Positions 36,601 to 45,757 of a stretch of 45,757 nt of DNA are shown here, one piece after another. The notes below the pieces were generated by a model. The model was not told the origin of the DNA. It saw only the letters and a list, made by a program, of their open reading frames with translations, and searched no databases. The translations under genes were made by a program, and so were the position numbers. Positions within the stretch are counted from its first letter, which is position 1. Each line of letters opens with the position of its first letter. The stretch covers positions 40,900,072 to 40,945,828 of the forward strand of contig NC_068997.1 of assembly GCF_001194135.2 (NCBI RefSeq), in the 5' to 3' direction. The stretch comes from Octopus bimaculoides (taxonomy: Eukaryota).

Positions 36601-37125
36601 CGCGCGTGCACAAACAAACAGCACGCAATTTCCCGCCACGTCTCCGCTAGCTAAATTCCAAGTACAATACATTGGTCAACTCAATATTATGGTAAAAGAC
36701 ATGGTCCCAAATTGCCGCGCAGTGGCATCAAAGCCAAAACCTTGTGGTTGTTAAGAGAACTCTTTAACCAGACAGCCATCATGCATCTGTGTTAAAACTT
36801 AATGCACTTGCACAGTAGAGTTCAAGGTCAATGTGTGCCAAGCGGCTTTACTCTGCGTGCTTTAGCTTCGTTACCATGGCAACAGTCTGGATACTTATTG
36901 ATCAAACCACGTATGTGATCGAATCCTACCGAGATCAGCTTTGCTTTTCATCCTTGAGGAGTCCATAGACGAAGTACCTGTCAATGCCTGCGGCACTTAA
37001 GCTATATATTTTGTTATCGATACTCATTTTTGAAATTTTGACTTTGTAATGATTCGTTACATACTTGATGTTGTGTCTTGTGACACTTGCTTCTCCGGGC
37101 CATGCGTTCGCACGAGTATTAACAG

Positions 37126-37270
37126 CAGTGGCATAGCTAGAGTCTGTGCCACGTGGGGCAGCTCTTTAGTTTAAGGCCCCTATACAAGTTTATACAGTAA
37201 ATCCCCAAAATGCTACTCTCATAAAAGCGCCGCCTGGTGCAGAGTGTCCGCTCTCCCCTCACCGTTACTG
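37126..37270. mobile_element. Short hAT-type MITE
   Basis: Starts cagtggcatagctag, ends ccgttactg; flanks attaacag / tttaacag (7 of 8 identical). Confidence 0.65.
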
Positions 37271-37849
37271 TTTAACAGTATTAAGTGAAGGAAGTGGTTT
37301 TTGAGAATGTTATTCATACATTGTGTGTCTACAACCACGATTTTGAATTTTCGATCTTGAAATATATAGTGCATTGGCAATAAAGTGTGTAATCGTTGAG
37401 ATTATTATCGTACTAACAAGTACTATAATAATCTCAAGTATGTAATTTATTCGGAAGCTAACTAATGATCATACATTTTTCCCACCATTTTACAAAGTAA
37501 CTTTATATTACTTGAAATTAATTCAATAAAAACGACACATTTTAAAGTTTTTAATCTTGCATTTATTATACAGTTTAAATATTTATAAATATAAATTTCG
37601 TCTTGGCTAACTTATGTCAGCTATTGTTTCAAGTTGTTTTACAGTTGTTTTCAAAATATTTGTTAATTTCTTTATTGCACAGAACTGAAAATACCTTTCT
37701 TTGGATAAACGTTTAAATTTATTACAAAGAAAGCAAAGCTCAAATAATAGTTTTTGCAGCACCTGGATACAGTGAAGGGAATTGGAAAGTGGGTTTGAAA
37801 GTAGAAACTGAACAATCTTTTGCTTTAAGAAAAAAAAAAAGCAAAAACA

Positions 37850-39700
37850 AGTGGTGGCGGAGGAAGTACAACGAATCTTCTTTTGCAATAGGGATTCAGT
37901 TTTTTGTTCATAGGCTTCAAGAGTACCAGCCACTCATCTTAATTTGTAACGAATGTTTGGTGAATGAAAGCATGAAGCCTATTAAATTAAAAAGCAATCG
38001 TGATACTGCACATGCTCCTTATACTTGCAAAAGGATTCTTTTCTTTCTCTTTTTTTTTTTTTGTTTTTGAAAAGATTTCTGATATCTTCGAACGTCCAAA
38101 AACGGTTTCTTGAGAAAGCACACACTGGTTTTCAAGAAAAATATTTGACAGCATCATATGAAACTTCATACTTAAATTACAAAAGCTAAGAAACCACACA
38201 TTTACGACTGGCGGAGAGCTCACATTGCCAGCGGTAGACAAAACCACATAAATTATTCAAAAAAAGACCTATACGGATAAAGTAAGAAAATTTCATCTCT
38301 CAAGTGACACAGTATGTAAAACAACTGTAGAAATTAGCCATAAAAAATGTGTGCAACTTGTTGAAAGAATTAACCGACATTACAAATACTGTTCAGCTAT
38401 TCGTATTTGTGTTGGTAGTGTAGTAGTTATGATAGAAAAATCCGTAGGCGTTCATAATGAAGTTAACTCTTGGACTGATACACCTCAATACTCAGTCATT
38501 GCTTGATTCATAGAGCGACACGAGTGACTAAAATTTGTTTCTTCGGGGCTAAGAGCTCTAATACATGATGTAGTTAAAATGATCAGCAATTCTTTTTTAA
38601 AGTCACACATCGAATAGACGTCTATTCGTGAAGCTATGGCACCTGAGTTCAGTAAATTTTACTGCATATAGAAGTGCAATTACTGTCAGACGACGAGTAG
38701 GTTTTTTTTTTTTTAAATAACAAAACAAGTATGCCGTTTTCATCAGAAATAGTACCGATCTCACAGAATCTTTACATGATGAGAACTGATTTTTCAAACT
38801 TTGCTATCAAACAACATTTAGAATTTGAACTTTAATTCGATTAAGCAGATCATAATCGAACATTTGGCATGTATAGAAAAAAAACAAAAAGTAATTCTAC
38901 ACATATTATCTATCAAACATAGACAATTGTAAGTCTGAGTTGAAACCCCATTCGTTGTATTGACGAAACATCTTTCTGTGAAGTATCCAGAAGAATTCAC
39001 AGAGGTGTCCTTTGATTCAAGTCTCAAACTTAAATTATCAAAAACAAAGTTGAATGTTATGTTTTTGCTTATTTTATTTATTTATTTATTTTTTTTTTTT
39101 GCTGGGGCCTTTTTTGTGGCCAAATATGAAATTAAAATTTCCCGTACTGGGTGATTTAGCAATGCCATATATCTACTGTCTATATATCTACTGTCTATAT
39201 TAATCGGACTGATGTCCTCTTGATTGTTGATTTCACAACGTTTTGGCTGTTGTACAGTCCGACTAATATAAATTCCTCATTTCACAAATATAAAAATAAC
39301 ATTTAATGTTTCTTTTCACATATACGAATCTGCGTTCTCAGCTTCAGTTGCAACAAATACAAAATGCCGCCCGAATTTCCCCGATGAATATCATTGACAA
39401 TTACCAAACACCAGTTTGATGTACTATACCAAAACAAACAAGAACAACCACCTCCATAGATATATTTATAAATCTTTTTTGGTATCAATAAAGTGTGATG
39501 TGGATTTTATTTTGAAATTACATTGTTTTATATTTTTCAACTTTTAGTTTGTCAGTAGTAATTTTTTTAAATTTAATATAACCACAGACAGATTATATTC
39601 TTTTATATTGAATTTAATACCATTGAAAGACGGTCGTGAGAAAAAATTTAGATGATTAAAAAGGATGCGGAGCCTCATATGGAAAGTTTATTAAACGATG
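37850..39700 (+). mobile_element. Decayed Buster/Charlie-type hAT transposase (ZBED5/SCAND3-like), internally deleted
   Basis: Ordered motifs across frameshifts: RKYNESSF..LICNECLVNESMKPIKLK (BED finger); ASYETSYL..KAKKPH..GELTLPA..LSSDTV; HCLIHR; HDVVKMI..NRRLF; LHIEV.LLS; ESAFSA..TKCR; KQEQPPP*; degenerate right end gaaagtttattaaacgatg. Left end not fixed. Confidence 0.9.
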
Positions 39701-40234
39701 TACAAGATAAACAAATCATAAGTCCTTTTGCAAACAATAGCCATTCTTCTGCTGTCAAGAATTGGTATCTTAAGCTTTTGGAGGAGTTATCTGCAGTAGA
39801 TAAGTATTTTAAAAAAATTACCCGAGAAAAATAACTGAAATAAGCCAATGACATTGGTTAAGAAAATCAAAGAATGACTTATGTTCTGTATAATATATGC
39901 AAAAGAAATCTTTGTGAAATCAAATTTACCATTTAGTTGGTAAAAGAAATAAAAAGATCTAGTGACAATGGTTAACGATTCTCAAAGAAAAGGGGGAGAT
40001 AAAGATTCAACTTCGAAAAACATAGTTTCATGCTTAAATGAAAATCTGATCTTTATTAGTGAGGTGGGGTCATCAAGTGACATGTTTCAGCTTTATTATA
40101 TCTTGTCAGTGCTGCTTTGTCGTCAAGAACCAGCTTGAGTTATAGACCGAAATTTTACCTATAGAAAAAATGTTGCGCAATATTTTACAAGTGCATAAAG
40201 CGGTGAGCTGGTAGAATTGTTATCATTCCGGGAA

Positions 40235-40540
40235 ATCGACCCACTACTTTTCTTTTAAGAATGGTACTTATTCTGTCGGTGTCTTTTGCCGAACAGCTAA
40301 GTTACGAAGACGTAAGCACACCAGAACCGATTGTCAAGCGGAAGTGGGACACACACACACACATATATATATATGACGGGCTTCTTTTCAGTTTCCGTCT
40401 ACCAAATCCACTCACAAGACATTGGTCGGCCCGATGCTATAGTAGAAGACACTTGCCCAAGGTGCCATGCAGTAGGACTGAACCCGGAACTATGTAGTTG
40501 AGATGCAAGTTTCTTACCATACAACCACTCCTGCGACTAA
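40235..40540 (-). mobile_element. SINE family A, 3'-truncated
   Basis: ggtacttattctgtcggtgtcttttgccgaacagctaagttacg...ggactgaacccggaactatg. Confidence 0.9.
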
Positions 40541-40971
40541 ACATAAATATATATATATATAGATATGGTAATTAATCGATATTAATTAATATATGATTTT
40601 TTACCCTATTTTTTTATATATTAACCATTACCGAGTTCTCATACTGGATATATGCGACGCAGTAAATATTTTCTGCAGACATATTCCTGGAATTAGCGCG
40701 CCAAAACGAAGACTTTTGAATTTTACCATTAAGCTGTAATTAGCAGAACCATATACACGCGCACCTATGGCGGTGGGCAACTTTGTATGGGGTTCTGAGG
40801 GTTATGGTTACATTACGGATCAGGCTGAAGAGAAATAGACAGTCGGTAAGATTGTTAAATTTTGAAACCGGTCCCTGTTTAATAATGATTTTTTTCGGTG
40901 ATTTTAAATGTCTTGCCCGCTTACGTTTTGGTATTCCGCTATATTTCATGTTGAGAACAATTTAGGTCTTA

Positions 40972-41084
40972 NNNNNNNNNNNNNNNNNNNNNNNNNNNNN
41001 NNNNNNNNNNNNNNNNNNNNNNNNNNNNNNNNNNNNNNNNNNNNNNNNNNNNNNNNNNNNNNNNNNNNNNNNNNNNNNNNNNNN
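40972..41084. other. Assembly gap
   Basis: N run. Confidence 1.
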
Positions 41085-41092
41085 ATATATAT

Positions 41093-41094
<2 letters not shown>

Positions 41095-41163
<69 letters not shown>
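41095..41163. repeat. (GATA)n microsatellite
   Basis: Direct reading. Confidence 0.95.
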
Positions 41164-41928
41164 CACATATTTATCTTTTTATTTTATATATATCAACGGA
41201 CGAAACGCTCGGCCTTTTAACGACTCTGTAACTCCTGCCGATTATTAATATAAAATGTGTATACACCCATATTCTGAGTTCTGTTTTCCTGTCTGCACCA
41301 CCAAACTCATATATACTACTATAAATTAACAGATAATCGTATATGGTCGAATAATATAATTTGACATCAAATCTAGAGAAACCTTGAAACTGTTTGCGCC
41401 GCTAAATTGTTGAAAAGCATGGATTTTAGGGGCATACACACTCACACACCCACACAGGTTCACACACACACACACACATATACAAACACAAACATACAGA
41501 CGCATGCACATAAGTACACACACAAAAACGCACACACCTGTCAAGACATGATCTAGTCGTGTTTAAATGAGATTAGAAATATTACGCAAACAGCACTTAG
41601 ATATACGTGCTTCCGTCTGCTGTCACGCATGCGCACAGTTAATCTACACATTTATACTGACATTCAACAAACATGTTACCATATGTATGTACAGTATATA
41701 ATGCTCATGAATAGACAGATACATACGATGAACTTACATGATATACATATATACACATATATACTCACCCACGTATATGTGCGCGCGTGTGTATATATAT
41801 ATATAGGCATGCACACACTCACATGTACACATATCGTCATCTACATTAGTCATATATAAATACTTCTATGAATATGTACTTTATGTATGTATATATATAT
41901 ATATATATATATATACATACATATATAT

Positions 41929-42245
41929 NNNNNNNNNNNNNNNNNNNNNNNNNNNNNNNNNNNNNNNNNNNNNNNNNNNNNNNNNNNNNNNNNNNNNNNN
42001 NNNNNNNNNNNNNNNNNNNNNNNNNNNNNNNNNNNNNNNNNNNNNNNNNNNNNNNNNNNNNNNNNNNNNNNNNNNNNNNNNNNNNNNNNNNNNNNNNNNN
42101 NNNNNNNNNNNNNNNNNNNNNNNNNNNNNNNNNNNNNNNNNNNNNNNNNNNNNNNNNNNNNNNNNNNNNNNNNNNNNNNNNNNNNNNNNNNNNNNNNNNN
42201 NNNNNNNNNNNNNNNNNNNNNNNNNNNNNNNNNNNNNNNNNNNNN
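41929..42245. other. Assembly gap
   Basis: N run between (TA)n and (TG)n. Confidence 1.
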
Positions 42246-42904
42246 GTGTGTGTGTGTGTGTGTGTGTGCACGCGTGTGTAATATAAAGATGGTGTGAAAG
42301 TGAGAAAAAGAGAGAGAGAGCGAAAGAGAGCGAGAGAGAGAGAGAGAGAAAGGATGAGTGCGAAAGCGGAAAAGACAGTGTTCGAGGAGGTGGTAAAGAG
42401 AGAGAGTGAGAGTGAGAGGAAGAGGGAGAAAGGGGAACTATTTCAAATTTAAACTCGAAATAATATATAATGGCAGCGAGAGTTCTCAAGCTTCATATTC
42501 GTATGTTAGAGCGGAGCGTTGATGGCAATACTTAGGCGACGAAGAATATATTTCATCGTGTTTAAGTTCAAATCTCGCAATTGTCGAATCTGCCTTTTAT
42601 TTCCCCCGGGGTTGATAAAATAAATAATAACAATCACGTGCTTAAATCGATGGAATCGAAGACTATTTCATAGTTTGGAAAACATATTCTGCTGCTGTTG
42701 TTACGATATCACAAGTTGATTTCTAGAGTCGTAAACTTTGATCACATCAAAAGCAGGCCCGACTATCAAGAATCTCTCTCGCGCGGCCGTTGACCAAAAT
42801 AGCTTGAGAGTAATTCTCAACCATATTTTGCTTATGGATTTCTTTGATCCCTATTTTACTCTACTGGAACCCTTATAATCATTTCATGTCGGAAAAAAAG
42901 TCTT

Positions 42905-43030
42905 GGCTCCAGATTCAGTCCCACTGTATGACACCTTGGGCAAATTTGTTCTGCTACAGCCTCAGGCTGACCAAAGCCTTGTGTGTGGATTTAGTAGACA
43001 GAAACTGAAAGACACTCATCGCGTGTGTGT

Positions 43031-43075
<45 letters not shown>

Positions 43076-43430
43076 TTTGTGTCAGTGTTTGTCCCCCACC
43101 CTACCGTTTGACAACTACTGTTGGTGTGTTAATGTCCCCGTAACTTAGAAGTTCGGCAAAACAAATCGATAGAATGTGTACCAGGCTTAAAATAAATAAG
43201 TATTGGGATCTGATTTTTTATTGCCTATAAAAGGCGAAACAAAGAATCTTCCGTCGAACATTACAACACATAGAGACAATACAAACGCGACAAACACAAA
43301 CTCAGGGAAACAAAAATACAAAAAGAAGATGAAATCAGAAGAAAAACTAAATAAGTATTGGGATCGATTCATTCGACTGACAGTTCTTCAATGCGGTGCC
43401 CCAGCATGGTCGACTCCGAAATGATAAAAG
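42905..43430 (+). mobile_element. SINE family A interrupted by a 137-bp insertion
   Basis: The body runs to taaataagtattgggatc (43193-43210) and resumes after the second copy (43348-43365) with gattcattcgactga...cagcatggtcg. Confidence 0.85.
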
Positions 43431-43537
43431 GATAAGTCGATCTCGGTGGTATTTGAACTCAGAGCATAAAAGACAGATGAAATGCTGTTCAGTATTTTGC
43501 CCGGCGCAAAAACGACTTTGCCAGCCTGTCGCCTTAT
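43430..43537 (-). mobile_element. SINE family B head
   Basis: atttgaactcagagcataaaagacagatgaaatg...ttgcccggcgc...gtcgcctta. Confidence 0.8.
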
Positions 43538-43609
43538 GTGTAGCACTTATATTGATTTATTTAGTTCTTTTTTAAACGAATTTGGTCTATTTTATGACAT
43601 CGACGGAAC

Positions 43610-43907
43610 TAAGAATTAATACAATCACTTAAATATGTACAAACCTTATAACATTTTTTTTCCTTACATCTTTGTTTCCAAGATATTTTTTTTTCCTATT
43701 TTCTATACAGTTGGCGATTTATTCACCCATAATTGTGCCTACTTCATGAAATTCAAGATTAAGAATTAATACAATCACCCAAGTCTGTACAAATTTTATA
43801 TCATTTTCTCCTTGCAGCTTTGTTTCCAAGATATTCTTTGCTCCTATGCTAAATATAGATGGGGTTTTATTCACGTATAACTGTACCTACTTCATGAGAT
43901 TCAAGAT
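43610..43907. repeat. Diverged tandem duplication of about 150 bp
   Basis: Both units start taagaattaatacaatcac and end cctacttcatga.attcaagat. Confidence 0.9.
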
Positions 43908-44324
43908 ATTTACCACACTAAGCTTCTTGGTTGTTATCTTATGATTAAGCAACTTTGCTTTGCTTAAAACCTTGAATCTCACATTTATCATTTGCAAACG
44001 CAAAGTCTATAATTGTGCCAGACACTCAAGTTTCGATGAAAAAAAAAGAATCTAGATTTTTTTCCTTTAATACAAACATATATAAACCATCCATTTAAAG
44101 AGGCGTTTATTTATGAAGTCTATCGTTGTTTATAAATATATCTATTACATTTTGATTTTAGCACCCTAAACATATTTCTTATAGATAGCAGCGAGCCTAT
44201 AAATTTCAGAAGCGACAATAAACCACCCTAGTATTGTTTAGTTGTATGTCTACTAGCACGAAATGTTGCATACGTCACCACGGTTATTGTATTTTCCACA
44301 AGTGTTAGTGTTATATAGAGTGTA

Positions 44325-44820
44325 TATAAGAGGTGAAGGTGCGTGGTTAGGGATATTCGTCACGGCTGTAAGGTCGTGAGTTCGATTCCAGGCGGCGCGC
44401 TGTGTAATTCTTGTCTTGCTGAAGACAGCCAGCAAGACACTTTATTTCGCGTTGCTCCAGTCCACTCAGCTGGCAAAAATGAATAGAATCTGTAATTCAA
44501 AGGGTCCAGCCTTGTTACATTCTTTGTCACGTTGAATATCCCTGAGAACTACGTTAAAGGTACACGAATCTGTGGAGTGCTCAGTCACTTGCACAATTAC
44601 TTCACGAGTAGGCTGTTCCGTTGATCGGATCAGCTGGAAACCTTGTCGTCGTAAATCTGTAATTCAAAGGGTCCAGCCTTGTCACATTCTTTGTCACGTT
44701 GAATCTCCCTGAGAACTACGTTAAAGGTACACGAATCTGCGGAGTGCTCAGCCACTTGCACAATAACTTCACGAGTAGGCTGTTCAGTTGATCGGATCAA
44801 CTGGAAACCTTGTCGTCGTA
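44325..44820 (+). mobile_element. SINE family C head and core with an alternative tail duplicated in tandem (167 bp x2)
   Basis: Head gcgtggttagg...gagttcgattcc; core gttgctccagtccactcagctggcaaaaatga; units 44487-44653 and 44654-44820. Confidence 0.9.
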
Positions 44821-45563
44821 AACGACAGAGTGCCAGTTTGTATATAAAAGATATCGGTGTGACATAATGTCCATTTAAATCTCTTGATAATTTCATAATA
44901 TTTCTCTTTCTTATATGTTTGGATATGAAATGCAGATCCGTTGTTCTGTAAAACTTTTGATTATTTATTTATCAATTTATTTATTTATTCATTTATTATC
45001 ATTTTCGCCCCTCTAATCAAAATACTGTTATATCTAATCAGTAACTAGCCGTGTCTACAACAGACTGTCTTTGTACTGATGCTCTACAAATGACTAATTT
45101 GTCACTGTTCAATCTCTTTCTTCCCTTCTTTAAAGATTTAATTTGTCAGACTTTGTTAATCAAGCAAGTATTAATAGTTTTTCTTTCGAGAAAATCTCAT
45201 TATTTAATTGGGTGGCTGGTCTGTGCTACTACTGTATATATGCTACTGACTCTTTCTTGTGTTAACGAGGGAGCACTTGTATGGTCAAACAATTTGTTAG
45301 AAAAAGCAGCTTAATCTCCTACAAATCGCACCTATCATATTTCAGAAAAAAGACATGTTGGATTACAGATTCCTAGACACACTTTATTGTAATAAAAGAC
45401 GGGATGGTCATGATCGGAATACATTTGATCACGGAGCTACTCTGTCAGAGATGATTTGAAGCTAAAATGAAGATCTGATTTGTTTTTATCGATGCAGGAA
45501 GGCACGTGTATAGAAGCTAATGCTGACTTTTCCTCAAACTTGTACCTTAACGTTCGTTCTCTA

Positions 45564-45607
<44 letters not shown>

Positions 45608-45619
45608 GTATTCTTTCGC

Positions 45620-45690
45620 TGTTACTTGTTTCAGTCATTAGACTGCTACCATGAAGAATATTTTAGTCGAACATCGACACCAATACTTTT
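45620..45690 (-). mobile_element. SINE family A tail fragment
   Basis: ttacttgtttcagtcattagactgctaccatg. Confidence 0.75.
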
Positions 45691-45757
45691 TTTAAGCCTA
45701 GAACGTAGGTATATGTGTTTACAGGCTTTATTAATTATGACTCTTCCCAAATATATC

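Overview
AT-rich eukaryotic, repeat-dense intergenic or intronic DNA from a draft scaffold with 7 N-gaps. The interspersed repeats and the dense (CA)/(TA)/(TACA)/(GATA) microsatellites look like an octopus (Octopus sp.) genome; this is recognition from memory, not a database result. I could not recognise any host protein-coding gene, rRNA, true tRNA or CRISPR array. Most ORFs in the track are translated microsatellites or SINEs. What the sequence supports is a fossil record of mobile DNA: many copies of at least three tRNA-derived SINE families; decayed non-LTR retrotransposons (a HERO-like restriction-like-endonuclease element, two CR1-like 3' ends, an RTE 3' end with a 7-bp TSD); decayed DNA transposons (DD34D mariner, a pogo-like element with a C-terminal Cys-rich/PHD-like tail, a Buster-type hAT); hAT MITEs with 8-bp TSDs; piggyBac-like TTAA MITE fragments; and several local duplications and fold-backs. 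A few unique islands carry good splice signals and are listed only as low-confidence exon candidates. I found no convincing novel biological system. The most unusual items are the HERO-like relic, a 137-bp insert with an 18-bp direct repeat inside a SINE, modular tail-sharing SINEs and an 18-bp GC-rich minisatellite. Repeat boundaries are approximate unless a TSD fixes them.
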